From the NCBI GenBank assembly GCA_013626165.1, contig NDHX01000001.1, positions 36,817 to 100,816 on the forward strand: a stretch of 64,000 nt of DNA, in the 5' to 3' direction. Made by a program: the position numbers and the translations under genes. Shown in pieces: positions 18,976 to 29,280 of this stretch. Origin of the DNA: Candidatus Velesiimonas alkalicola (lineage in GTDB: Bacteria > Omnitrophota > Gorgyraeia > Velesiimonadales > Velesiimonadaceae). Numbering within the stretch: the stretch's first letter is position 1; each line of letters starts with the position of its first letter. The notes under the pieces were generated by a model. The model worked only from the letters and a program-made list of their open reading frames with translations. It made no database searches and was not told the origin of the DNA.

Positions 18976-21027
18976 TTACACAACCCCAGTTTTTTCATCA
19001 AAGGTTTTACTATGAGCAGGGGTTGTATAAACATCAAATTCCGGAAGACGCAGGATTTCTTTCCCCTGCTTTTTGCAGGATACAGCCCAGTGCAGGTTTT
19101 CATCCATTGTTTGTATGTATTCCAATTTTATTGAAACCTCAAGGATTTTATCAAAATATGCCTCTATTATTCTCTCATCAGAAACATTTATCTTTCCTTT
19201 TTTGTCAAGTATTATGCTAATCTGAGTTTTTGTATCAGGGAATAAAAACATCAGTTCATCGCACTGTTGCACATCTTCAAAATCAACCCTGAAATATAAA
19301 AATACATCATTGAATCCGTACCATACCTTTTTTATAATTTTTTCCGTCCTTTGCATGGCCCCGAAATCAGGGTAAATGTAGCCTGCATCTGCCCATTCAA
19401 AATAATCTGTGTCAAGTCCGTCTAACTTAGGGTGTATTTTACACACTGGAAATTTGCCGGGCAGTGTCTTCGGTCTTTTTATAGGTATATGTAATTGGGG
19501 CGGAACATTCAGTCCTGCTTTTTCATATGCAGAAATAAGATATGCCCTGAACAGTCTATCAAACTCAAGTTTATTAAGTGTCTGATTGTCGTCTCCATAC
19601 CACCAGTTCCAGTCGCTTCCTTCTGCAGTGTATATGTGCTTTAGTATTTCACTATCATTGGTCTTTGAAAAAACATCTTCTCTTGCCTTATATAATAATT
19701 CCCAGGATTTGTTTTTTTCCGAATGTCCTATCCATATTTTAAATGTTCCGTCAACCCATGAGCCCGGAACAATATGAGAAAGGGACCTTGCATTTTCTTC
19801 AAAATTTTGTAGATACATAGAAGGGGTTACAGGTTTTATTTTGCTGTCGGATGATATTGTTTTATAAAGCGTTCTTAAAAAGTCTTCACCATCATTTTTG
19901 TAATATTCCCATGCATTTTCACCGTCAAGAACTATTGTTGCAATACAGGGTTTGGACTGTTTTAGCACATGTGTAAAGTCCAAAACAGCGTCCTTGGCCT
20001 CCCATTTTGAATATACAAACCCTATCCTGTCTGAAAGTATATGGTCTCTGAAAAACATATTGAGATTTGAAAATTTATATATACAGTTTCTCTCTTCACT
20101 TTTTAATCTGTTTCCTGTAGACCTTTCAAGTATGATTTCATCTGTTGCAACCCATTTTATGCCTGATGAACTTATTATATTTAAGGCCTCTTCACTTACA
20201 GAACCTTCTGATGGCCAGAGTCCCTGTGGCTGACTATTGAAGTATTTCTGATGAGAACATAAAGCCTCTCTTATATGCCACTCTGCATCTTCAGGGTGTT
20301 TAAACCTTATGTTTGGGAGTTTTGTATCGGGGTCGCTTATCTTTGCAATATCCGTATCGCAAAGAAGAGGCAGTATAGGATGAAAATAAGGGCTTGTGGA
20401 AATCTCAATTCTTTTTTCTTCCAATGCCTTTTTATAAGAAGGTATAATCCTTTTTATTATATCTATATGTTTTTGAAGAAGAACTGTTTGCTCTTGATAT
20501 GTAAAATCTCTTTGTTTTTGTATAAGACCTGTTAAAAAAGCATCATTTTTTATATGGAGAGGGTCTATCCATACAAGGTTAAACCATACGATAATATCTG
20601 TTATATCTTGCTCTGTAAAACTGTCACTTACACTTTTCAATGAACAGGGATCTGTTCTTGCGCCTCTTTTATAAAAAAGTTGCGCGTATCTTTTATGGGG
20701 AAGTATCATTGTGGGCGGATTACAGAGAAAGAAGTTTGAAATGACAAACAGTTTTTCCTCTTCCGTCATGCCTTGCGCTTTTAATTGTGAGATATGATAA
20801 AACCTATCTGTTTTGCCTTTTGTGTAACCATCTATCTGTTCCAAAAGTGATGGAACAAAATTAAATGTTATGAAAAGACCGGGGAATTCTTCTGTTATAA
20901 GAAGCATATCAAGATAGTCTTTTATACAGTGAAGCCTAACCCAGGGAAGTATAAACTCACCTGTTTTGGGATCCTCATAACAGGGTTGGTGCATATGCCA
21001 GATTATAGAAAGATAGATTTCAGACAT
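18976..21027 (-). CDS. Glycoside hydrolase family 57 enzyme (alpha-glucan branching enzyme / amylopullulanase-like)
   Basis: N-terminus IWHMHQPCY...WVRLHCIKDYLDM is characteristic of the GH57 catalytic domain. 683 aa with a C-terminal helical domain. Confidence 0.8.
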   Translation of the reverse strand: MSEIYLSIIWHMHQPCYEDPKTGEFILPWVRLHCIKDYLDMLLITEEFPGLFITFNFVPSLLEQIDGYTKGKTDRFYHISQLKAQGMTEEEKLFVISNFFLCNPPTMILPHKRYAQLFYKRGARTDPCSLKSVSDSFTEQDITDIIVWFNLVWIDPLHIKNDAFLTGLIQKQRDFTYQEQTVLLQKHIDIIKRIIPSYKKALEEKRIEISTSPYFHPILPLLCDTDIAKISDPDTKLPNIRFKHPEDAEWHIREALCSHQKYFNSQPQGLWPSEGSVSEEALNIISSSGIKWVATDEIILERSTGNRLKSEERNCIYKFSNLNMFFRDHILSDRIGFVYSKWEAKDAVLDFTHVLKQSKPCIATIVLDGENAWEYYKNDGEDFLRTLYKTISSDSKIKPVTPSMYLQNFEENARSLSHIVPGSWVDGTFKIWIGHSEKNKSWELLYKAREDVFSKTNDSEILKHIYTAEGSDWNWWYGDDNQTLNKLEFDRLFRAYLISAYEKAGLNVPPQLHIPIKRPKTLPGKFPVCKIHPKLDGLDTDYFEWADAGYIYPDFGAMQRTEKIIKKVWYGFNDVFLYFRVDFEDVQQCDELMFLFPDTKTQISIILDKKGKINVSDERIIEAYFDKILEVSIKLEYIQTMDENLHWAVSCKKQGKEILRLPEFDVYTTPAHSKTFDEKTGVV

Positions 21028-21099
21028 AATATGTAGGGTCTTCTGAAAAACTCCTATCAGACCCTGATTCCACAGATTAAAAAACAGATTACACAGATA

Positions 21100-21132
21100 A
21101 ACCCCGTTAGAGATCTACTTCTAAACGGGACA
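21100..21132. repeat. Palindromic mini-element CCCCGTTAGA-n-TTCTAAACGGG (intergenic copy)
   Basis: AAACCCCGTTAGAGATCTACTTCTAAACGGGAC. The same arms occur twice in tandem inside glgA (27844-27915). Confidence 0.7.
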
Positions 21133-21189
21133 AAACAAATTTTTAATCTGTGTAATCTTTTCAAAATCTGTGTAATCAATAGTATTTAA

Positions 21190-21266
21190 TGGCGTGCCCG
21201 GGGAGACTTGAACTCCCAACCATTGGGTTCGAAGCCCACTACTCTATCCTGTTGAGCTACGGGCAC
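21190..21266 (-). tRNA. tRNA-Arg (putative anticodon TCG)
   Basis: On the minus strand, a 7-bp acceptor stem GTGCCCG/CGGGCAC, T-arm GGGAG-TTCAAGT-CTCCC, anticodon loop CTTCGAA and 3' GCCA, 77 nt in all. The anticodon stem has one G-A mismatch, so the anticodon assignment is moderately confident. Confidence 0.75.
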
Positions 21267-21270
21267 ACAT

Positions 21271-22218
21271 TTAAGAATTTAAAAGAAATATACAGGCATT
21301 GATTATATCTTCAGGGGAAATTGATTCCATACATTGCCTTTTTCCCAAAGGACACTGTGCTTTTTCACAGGGAGAGCAATTGAGCATACTTCTTACAACC
21401 ACTGCCTTACCTCCTCTTGGTCCATATTTTGCCGCATCTGTTGGCCCAAATATACCAAGAACAGGGACATTCAGTGCATTTGCAAGGTGCATAAGGGCGG
21501 TATCATTTGATATAACAAGTCTGGATTTTTTAAGTACAGCTCCTGAGGTTTTTAAGTCTGCCTGTCCACTAAGATCAAAAGCCTTGTTTTTCATTTTTGA
21601 AAGTATATTTTCACAAATATGTTTTTCACTTTTTTCTCCAAGAAGAACTATATCAAAACCCATCTGTGTAAGATTATCTGCAACAGATGAGAAACTATCT
21701 TCCGGATATCTTTTTAAGGAACTTTTTGCTCCCGGGCAGATACAGATAAACCTCTTACTAAAAAGAGAATATTCATTAAGAATCTCCAAGGCTCTTTTTT
21801 CATTCTGTTTTGATATAACAACTCTGAGGTTAGCATTTTTTGTATCAAGTTTTAATTTTTTTAAAACCTCCAGTGACCTATCTACCGAATGAATATTTTT
21901 TTTACCCCCGCCATAATTGACGGCAAACCTTTTTGGAAATACAAGATAGGGAATTAGTGAATTTCTTAAATCAACCACAAGGTCAAACCTTTGCTTAAAA
22001 AGATTAAAAACAAGACAGGCTTTTCGTTTAAGTCCTATTTTTTTATTATAAGGAATTATTTTATATACATAAGGGTCATTTTCAAAGATTTCCCCTGCTC
22101 TTTCACCACATAAAACAAAAATCTTTGCTGAAGGAAATCTTGTATGTAAAATATCTATTATCGGTGTTGTAAGTATTGCATCCCCAATGTTTGTAAGAGT
22201 GATAAAAAGTATTTTCAT
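21271..22218 (-). CDS. Glycosyltransferase family 9 (LPS heptosyltransferase-like)
   Basis: MKILFITLTNIGDAILTTPII... GT9 N-terminus and a C-terminal GT-B domain. Start taken at the internal Met at 22218 rather than the upstream ORF extension. Confidence 0.8.
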   Translation of the reverse strand: MKILFITLTNIGDAILTTPIIDILHTRFPSAKIFVLCGERAGEIFENDPYVYKIIPYNKKIGLKRKACLVFNLFKQRFDLVVDLRNSLIPYLVFPKRFAVNYGGGKKNIHSVDRSLEVLKKLKLDTKNANLRVVISKQNEKRALEILNEYSLFSKRFICICPGAKSSLKRYPEDSFSSVADNLTQMGFDIVLLGEKSEKHICENILSKMKNKAFDLSGQADLKTSGAVLKKSRLVISNDTALMHLANALNVPVLGIFGPTDAAKYGPRGGKAVVVRSMLNCSPCEKAQCPLGKRQCMESISPEDIINACIFLLNS

Positions 22219-22398
22219 ATTTATATTATACCACTTTTGCCCCTGTCCACAAGAGCGGAATGTCGTTCCCCGATCTAATCTGAGCAAAGATACCATAAGA
22301 CCTTATCGGTAGGTAGAATTTTGTATCTATCAAAGAAGTTTAACATTTCTTTTAATATGCTATAATAAACGATAGAGTCTAAAAGACGAGGAGGAATA

Positions 22399-24810
22399 AT
22401 GGCAGAAAAAACCTTAAGTCTAACAAAAGAACTTTTACCGGAAAACCTAAGAAAGGTTTGCAATCCGAATATATTTAATTTTAATACAACACAGGAGGTT
22501 CAGCCTTTACATGGAACTATCGGACAGGAAAGAGGTGTTCATTCAATAGAATTTGGGCTTAATGTGCTGTCAAGGGGTTTTAATATATATGTGGCAGGAC
22601 CTCTGGGTACAGGCAAAAGGTCCACAATAAAAGCCATTCTTAAAGAAAAAACAGAATCGCTTCCTGTTCCCGGTGACTGGATATATCTGAATAATTTTGA
22701 AGATCCTGATAAGCCGTTTGCTGTCCAATTATCAGCAGGTATGGGTAAGGTGTTTGTTTCTGATATGGACAACCTGATAGGACACTGCAAGGTGGAAATT
22801 CCAAAGGCGTTTGAAAGCGAAGAGTATGAAAAGCAAAAAACAGCAGTACTTCAGGAATATCAGAAAAAAAGAGAAGAATTTTTAAACCAGTTACAGCAGA
22901 AGGCAAAAGGCATTAATCTTTCTATCCAGATTACACCATCAGGTATTGTAACGGTTCCTATTGTTGACGGCAAACAGTTAAAACAAGAGGAGTTTGAGAA
23001 CTTAAATGAAGAGCAAAAACAGCAGATAAGAACATCGGGTGAATCAATACAACAGGATATAAATATATTTATAAACAGGGTAAGAAAGATTGAACAAGAG
23101 ACAAAGAATAAGATCACAGAGATGGATAAAAAGGTTGCACTTTTTGCGGTTGGACACCTTTTTGAGAGTTTAAAACAAAAATATTGTAATGAAAAAAAGA
23201 TATGTGATTATCTTGAGAAGGTTCAAGATGATATTGTATCACACATAGATGAGTTTAAGCCATCTGATAAGGAACAGCATCAATTTTTGGGACTTGAAAT
23301 GATGAAAGAAGAGGCATTTATATCAAGATATAAGGTAAATGTGTTTGTTGACAACAGTCAGTTAAAGGGTGCTCCTGTGGTGTTTGAACATAATCCTACA
23401 TATTATAATCTTTTTGGAAGGATTGAGTATAAGGCGCATTTAGGTATGATGACAACAGATTTTAGTATGATAAAATCAGGCGCTATACACAGGGCAAACG
23501 GGGGTTTTCTTGTTGTTGAAGCATTGGAACTTCTTTTAAATTATTTCTCCTGGGATGCGTTAAAAAGAACACTAAGAAGCGAGCAATCTGAGATAGAAAA
23601 TATCGGAGAACAGTTTAGAACATTTCCCGCTGCAAGTTTAAAACCCGAACCTATGCCTATAAATATAAAGGTTATATTGGTTGGCAACTACTATATTTAT
23701 CAGTTGCTGTATCATCTTGATGAGGATTTTAGAAAACTTTTTAAGGTAAGGGCTGATTTTGATATAAATATGCCAAGATCAGAGGAAAATGAGAAAAACT
23801 ATGTATCATTTATAAGCGCAAGGTGCAAAGAATCTAAACTTCTGCCATTTACTCCCTCTGCCTGTGCAGGTATTGTAGAATATGGTTCCTGGCTTGCAGA
23901 GTCCCAAGAAAAACTTTCAACAAGGTTTCTTGAACTATCAAACATTATAAACGAATCATCACACTGGGCTGTGACAGAGGGATGTAGTATTGTTGAGGCA
24001 AGGCATGTCAACAGGGCAATTGGTGAAAAAACATACAGAAGCAATATGGTAGAGGAAAAACTTTCTGAACACATAAAGTCCGGAGTTATATTAATAGATG
24101 TAACCGGAAGTATAGTAGGACAGGTAAATGGTATATCACTTATTGATATGGGGGATTATACATTTGGGAGACCATCAAGAATTACTGCAAGAACATATTC
24201 AGGACAGGCAGGGATAGTTAATATTGAAAGAGAAGTAAAACTAAGTGGACCAATACACAACAAAGGGGTGATGATACTTTCATCATACATTGCGGGTAAG
24301 TTTGCACAGGATAAAGTCTTGAATCTTTCTGCATCTATTGCATTTGAACAGATGTATGAAGAGATAGAAGGAGACAGCGCCTCAAGTGCTGAACTTTACG
24401 CACTTATATCAAGTCTTTCCGGCTTTGCAATAAGACAGGATATTGCTGTTACAGGTTCTGTAAATCAAAGAGGACAGATACAACCAGTTGGTGGTATAAA
24501 CAGAAAAATAGAGGGATTTTTTGATACCTGTAAAATGAATGGCTTAACAGAAACACAGGGTGTTATTATGCCAAAACAGAATGTAAGGCACCTTATGTTA
24601 AGAACAGATGTTATAGAAGCAGTAAAACAGGGAAAGTTTCATATATATGCAATTGAAAATATTGAAGAAGGAATTGAATTGCTTACGGGCAAATTTGCTG
24701 GAAAGCCGGGCAAAAACAACCGTTATACCAATGGAACAGTATTCTATTCTGTGGATGAAAGATTAAGAGAGTTTTCAAGACAGGCTGAAAAGAAAAAGTC
24801 CAAGAAATAG
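22399..24810 (+). CDS. Lon-like protease (LonC-type): AAA+-like module with large helical insertion plus C-terminal S16 peptidase domain
   Basis: Walker-A-like GPLGTGKRS and a long coiled-coil insertion. The C-terminal Lon proteolytic domain has the Ser (GDSASSA) and Lys (GGINRKIEG) dyad. 803 aa. Confidence 0.75.
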   Translation: MAEKTLSLTKELLPENLRKVCNPNIFNFNTTQEVQPLHGTIGQERGVHSIEFGLNVLSRGFNIYVAGPLGTGKRSTIKAILKEKTESLPVPGDWIYLNNFEDPDKPFAVQLSAGMGKVFVSDMDNLIGHCKVEIPKAFESEEYEKQKTAVLQEYQKKREEFLNQLQQKAKGINLSIQITPSGIVTVPIVDGKQLKQEEFENLNEEQKQQIRTSGESIQQDINIFINRVRKIEQETKNKITEMDKKVALFAVGHLFESLKQKYCNEKKICDYLEKVQDDIVSHIDEFKPSDKEQHQFLGLEMMKEEAFISRYKVNVFVDNSQLKGAPVVFEHNPTYYNLFGRIEYKAHLGMMTTDFSMIKSGAIHRANGGFLVVEALELLLNYFSWDALKRTLRSEQSEIENIGEQFRTFPAASLKPEPMPINIKVILVGNYYIYQLLYHLDEDFRKLFKVRADFDINMPRSEENEKNYVSFISARCKESKLLPFTPSACAGIVEYGSWLAESQEKLSTRFLELSNIINESSHWAVTEGCSIVEARHVNRAIGEKTYRSNMVEEKLSEHIKSGVILIDVTGSIVGQVNGISLIDMGDYTFGRPSRITARTYSGQAGIVNIEREVKLSGPIHNKGVMILSSYIAGKFAQDKVLNLSASIAFEQMYEEIEGDSASSAELYALISSLSGFAIRQDIAVTGSVNQRGQIQPVGGINRKIEGFFDTCKMNGLTETQGVIMPKQNVRHLMLRTDVIEAVKQGKFHIYAIENIEEGIELLTGKFAGKPGKNNRYTNGTVFYSVDERLREFSRQAEKKKSKK

Positions 24811-25192
24811 ATTTTTTAGTTTTATAAAATATTGCATTATTTAAAAATAAAGATTATAATATGGCACAGGAGTTTGTTACCCAACTGCCAAACCCAAATA
24901 GTCCATAGACATAGATTATGGACTGTAAGTTTAAATTTTTCCCTGTTGTTGTTCAGCCGATTTTAATTTCTATCTATAAATTTTAAATTAAGATGGAATG
25001 GGGTTGTGGTGTTCACGGGCCCCTTAATACTGCATATGAATTAGAACTGAATATTACATATTTTCTCACCCTGACAAAAGCCATTCTTTTAAGAATATAA
25101 CCTTCAACAATGTGATTACAAATTATTCCCCTTTATAGAAAGGGAATTATAGCAAAATATTTAACCTTTGAAACTTAAGGAGAGCATCTTAA

Positions 25193-27718
25193 ATGAAAAT
25201 TGTCTTAATAGATGGCAACAACCTTTGTTATAAAGCATATTATGCGATACATAATCTTTCTACCTCATCGGGAATGCCTACAAATGCAATATATGGAATG
25301 TTCATAACACTGAGGAAACTAATTTCCGAAGGAAAACCCGATGCGATTGCAGTATGTATGGATTCAAAAGGTCCTACCTTAAGACAGGAACAGTTTGTTT
25401 TTTATAAGAAAAGCAGAAAGCCTATCCCGGCTGACCTTTTAAAACAGATGCCTTATATTAAAAAAATGATGGAATTGTTAGGTATAAAAACCATAGAAAT
25501 GAAAGGATATGAGGCGGATGATATAATAGGTTCTTTGACAAAAAAAGCAGTCTGTTATGGATTAGATGTTGAGATTATATCTTCGGATAAGGATCTGCTA
25601 CAACTTGTAGGGGAAAATGTTTTGGTAAGAAAAGAGCAGGAAAAGCCCCCGATGGATGAACAGGCCGTCAGAGAGGTCTATGGTATTTCTCCTTCACTTA
25701 TCCCTGATTATCTTGCACTTGTCGGGGATAGGATAGATGATATACCGGGTGTTCCAGGAATAGGACCAAAGGCTGCAAAAGAACTTATTTTAGGATACGG
25801 AACAATTGAAAATATACTTTCAAATGTAGAAAACATCCCCAACCCGAGGGTAAAGCAGGCACTGAATAATTTTAAGGAGCAGGCAATAATTTCAAAACAA
25901 CTTACCCATCTTATTGATATAGATATAGATTTTAATATCCATGAATTTCTGTTAAAAGAGCAGAAAAAAGGTGAATTGCTTGAATTTTTAAGGCAGATGG
26001 AGTTTAGAACATTTCTTACAGAATATTCCAATAAAAACAACAAAGAGATTTTTTTCCAGAAAGTGAAAACACAAGATATAGCAAAAGATGTTGAAGAAAT
26101 TCTTTCCTGTGCAGGGGTATCTGTTATGTTCAGTGAGAAAATAGGTTGTGCATTTTCAATTCCATCTTCAAAAACTTTTTTCTTTGAAATAACAGATATA
26201 GATTTATGCTTGAAAATATTTAATTCTCACCTTCCCAAGTATGGATATAATTTTAAAGACATAATTAAGTTTTTGATGGATAAGAATGCAAATATCCAAA
26301 ATATTGCAGGAGACTTATTGATAGAAACACACCTTTTAAGAGGAAACAGAGGTGCGCCGGGTGTAAATGAAATTGCTGCTGAATATCTTTTAGAAAACCC
26401 TGTATCCTGTTCCGAGCAATGGGAAAAGATTTGTTATTGTGCAGATGCCATATCAAGGGTTCATAAAAAAATAAGGAAACTGATTAAAGAAGAGGGAATG
26501 GAAAGACTTCTTCTTGATATTGAGATTCCTCTTACGCTTACGCTTGCAAGAGCAGAAAAAGCAGGAGTATGTCTTGATACAGAATTGTTAACTGGATTAG
26601 GAAAAAATATTGAGGATAGAATCAATAAAATAAAAATTCAGATGTGTGAAGAAGCAGGTATTGATTTTAATCCTAATTCACCCAAACAGGTATCTGATGT
26701 GCTGTTTAATAGATTAAAATTGCCGGCAAAAAAGAAGACCAAAACCGGTTATTCAACAGATGCACAGGTGCTATTGGAGCTTTCTGAAAATACTCCATTT
26801 GTCCGAACACTTCTTGAGTACAGGCAGACAAAAATTTATTCTACATACATTGAACAGTTATCTTCTTCAAGAAACACATCAACAGGATGTATCCACACAC
26901 TTTTAAGCCAGACAGATACCGCAACAGGAAGGCTTTCAAGTTCTGAGCCAAACCTTCAAAATATCCCGATTAAGACAGAGGTAGGGCGTCAGATAAGAAG
27001 GTGTTTTATTCCAAAATCGCAGAACAGATGTTTTATTTCTGCCGATTATTCGCAAGTGGAATTAAGGGTGCTGGCACATTTCAGTAAAGATGAAAACCTT
27101 ATCAGCGCATTTAGCCAGGGTTTAGATATACACTGTGCAACTGCCAAACTTATATACGGGACCAATAAGATTAATGATTCTATGAGAAGTTTTGCAAAAA
27201 CTATAAACTTCGGCATTATATATGGAATAAGCCCGTATGGGCTTTCAAAAGAGTTGAAGATATCTGTAGAAGAAGCAGAGGGATTTATCAGTGCATATTT
27301 TGAAAAATACTCAGGTGTTAGGAATTATATAAACAATTTTATCAAGTGTGCATATACCGACGGTTTTGTGAGAACACTTTTTGGAAGAAAAAGATTTATA
27401 CCTGAATTAAAAAATTCTGAACAACAGATAAGGCAGTTAGGAGAAAGAATAGCAATAAACACACCCCTGCAGGGAAGTGCCGCTGAAATTATAAAAATTG
27501 CAATGATAAAATTAGATTCACATTTACAAAAAGAAAGACTTGGTGCATCTATTGTTCTTCAGGTTCATGATGAACTGTTATTAGACGCCCCGCAGGATAT
27601 AGCAAAAGATGTTTGTAGGGCTGTAAAAAATATTATGGAAAATGCTGTTAATATAAGTGTCCCGCTAAGGGCGGATGTGAAGGTTGGGAAAAACTGGTTG
27701 GAGATGCAAACAGTATAA
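25193..27718 (+). CDS. polA: DNA polymerase I
   Basis: 5'-3' exonuclease/FEN domain at the N-terminus, Pol A palm motifs (DYSQVELRVLAH, QVHDELLLD), 841 aa. Confidence 0.95.
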   Translation: MKIVLIDGNNLCYKAYYAIHNLSTSSGMPTNAIYGMFITLRKLISEGKPDAIAVCMDSKGPTLRQEQFVFYKKSRKPIPADLLKQMPYIKKMMELLGIKTIEMKGYEADDIIGSLTKKAVCYGLDVEIISSDKDLLQLVGENVLVRKEQEKPPMDEQAVREVYGISPSLIPDYLALVGDRIDDIPGVPGIGPKAAKELILGYGTIENILSNVENIPNPRVKQALNNFKEQAIISKQLTHLIDIDIDFNIHEFLLKEQKKGELLEFLRQMEFRTFLTEYSNKNNKEIFFQKVKTQDIAKDVEEILSCAGVSVMFSEKIGCAFSIPSSKTFFFEITDIDLCLKIFNSHLPKYGYNFKDIIKFLMDKNANIQNIAGDLLIETHLLRGNRGAPGVNEIAAEYLLENPVSCSEQWEKICYCADAISRVHKKIRKLIKEEGMERLLLDIEIPLTLTLARAEKAGVCLDTELLTGLGKNIEDRINKIKIQMCEEAGIDFNPNSPKQVSDVLFNRLKLPAKKKTKTGYSTDAQVLLELSENTPFVRTLLEYRQTKIYSTYIEQLSSSRNTSTGCIHTLLSQTDTATGRLSSSEPNLQNIPIKTEVGRQIRRCFIPKSQNRCFISADYSQVELRVLAHFSKDENLISAFSQGLDIHCATAKLIYGTNKINDSMRSFAKTINFGIIYGISPYGLSKELKISVEEAEGFISAYFEKYSGVRNYINNFIKCAYTDGFVRTLFGRKRFIPELKNSEQQIRQLGERIAINTPLQGSAAEIIKIAMIKLDSHLQKERLGASIVLQVHDELLLDAPQDIAKDVCRAVKNIMENAVNISVPLRADVKVGKNWLEMQTV

Positions 27719-27738
27719 CTAATAACACAGACGGAAAA

Positions 27739-29232
27739 ATGATAAAGGTTTTATATTGTGCATCAGAGGCAGTTCCTTTTGTCAAAACAGGCGGGCTTGG
27801 GGATGTTGCAGGTTCACTGCCAAGATTTATAAAAGCACAAGGTGTTGACCCTGTTAGAAATAAAAAATTTCTAAACGGGGTTGACCCCGTTAGAAATAAA
27901 AAATTTCTAAACGGGGTTGATATAAGAATGGCAATCCCTTATCACAAAAAATTCATCAGTAAGAATTATTTAACAAAAGAGGTTTCACCTGGTATTTATC
28001 AGGGTTGGGAAAAAAATGTGCCTGTATATTTTATAGACCAGCCCCAATATTTTGACCGTGGCGGTATGTATGGAGATGAGAAGGGTGATTATACTGATAA
28101 TTTGGAAAGATTTGTTGCATTTTGTGAAGAAATTCTTAAAATAGTCAATAACACTGGTTTTATTCCTGATATAATACACTGCAATGATTGGCAGACTGCG
28201 CTGATACCTGTTTTTATTGCCGACCGTTCAAAGTCCGATAAAATCCTTTCTTCAATAAAAACAATCTTGACGATACACAATATGAGTTATCAGGGTATTT
28301 TCCCGTTAAAAGATGCCGACAGGATTAAGGTGAGCAGGGAATTTTTTACATCCCATGCGCTTGAATATGATGGCAGACTCAATCTTTTAAAAGCGGGGAT
28401 ATTATATTCTGATTTTATTACAGCAGTAAGTCCGACCTACGCAAAAGAGATACAAACACAGGAACTAGGGTTTGGATTAGATGGAGTGCTTAAAAAAAGA
28501 AGCAACAAAATTTTTGGGATTCTCAACGGCATTTATAATATTAAATGGGACCCTCAGAAAGATAAAGCAATAAAACAAAATTATAGTAGCGAGGATATTC
28601 TGTTAAGAAAAATCAATAAAGAATTTTTACAAAAAATCTGCGGTCTTGAGGTTTCTGACAGACCATTGGCTGGAATGGTTGCCCGCCTGGTAGAACAAAA
28701 GGGATTGGATATCTTAATACCTGCTATTCCAAAACTTATTGAACAGGGCTGGCAGGTTGTCGTATTAGGCACAGGCATGGAAAATTATCATCACCTTCTT
28801 CGTAATCTTACAGAGCAGTACTGTAAAAATTTTTTTGTTGCATTAAGATTTGATGATATTTTCGCAAGACAGATATATGCAGGAAGCGATGTTTTTATTG
28901 TTCCTTCAAGGTATGAGCCTTGCGGAATAAGTCATATGATTGCAGCAAGGTATGGGGCCGTTCCTGTGGTAAGAAAAACAGGAGGACTTGCCGATACTGT
29001 CCAAGATATTTCACTGCGGGATTTAAGTTCCACACATATGCGGGGTTTGGGTTTTGTTTTTAATGATTATAGTGCAGATGTATTCTCTAACTGCATGCAG
29101 AGGGCAAAAAATGCTTTTCAGGACAAGCCAGCGTGGAATGAGATTATAAAAAAGAATATGCAAGAGGATTTTTCATGGGAGTATTCCGCAAAAGAATACG
29201 TAGGGATATATAATAGATCAGTAAGCCCTTAA
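27739..29232 (+). CDS. glgA: Glycogen synthase (GT5), carrying an in-frame 24-aa tandem-repeat insertion
   Basis: N-terminal KTGGLGDV motif and GT-B fold. The insertion GVD[PVRNKKFLNGVD]x2 interrupts the loop that normally reads ...GVDIR. Confidence 0.9.
   Translation: MIKVLYCASEAVPFVKTGGLGDVAGSLPRFIKAQGVDPVRNKKFLNGVDPVRNKKFLNGVDIRMAIPYHKKFISKNYLTKEVSPGIYQGWEKNVPVYFIDQPQYFDRGGMYGDEKGDYTDNLERFVAFCEEILKIVNNTGFIPDIIHCNDWQTALIPVFIADRSKSDKILSSIKTILTIHNMSYQGIFPLKDADRIKVSREFFTSHALEYDGRLNLLKAGILYSDFITAVSPTYAKEIQTQELGFGLDGVLKKRSNKIFGILNGIYNIKWDPQKDKAIKQNYSSEDILLRKINKEFLQKICGLEVSDRPLAGMVARLVEQKGLDILIPAIPKLIEQGWQVVVLGTGMENYHHLLRNLTEQYCKNFFVALRFDDIFARQIYAGSDVFIVPSRYEPCGISHMIAARYGAVPVVRKTGGLADTVQDISLRDLSSTHMRGLGFVFNDYSADVFSNCMQRAKNAFQDKPAWNEIIKKNMQEDFSWEYSAKEYVGIYNRSVSP
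27844..27915. repeat. 2 x 36 bp perfect-but-one tandem repeat of a palindromic unit (GTTGACCC(Y)GTTAGAAATAAAAAATTTCTAAACGGG) inside glgA
   Basis: Direct reading of the sequence. The units differ at a single base. Each unit is an imperfect palindrome sharing the CCCCGTTAGA...TTCTAAACGGG arms with 21100-21132. Confidence 0.85.
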
Positions 29233-29280
29233 GTAGCAATTCAAGTTGTTCTCCACAAATATGGTATCAAGATTTTATTT

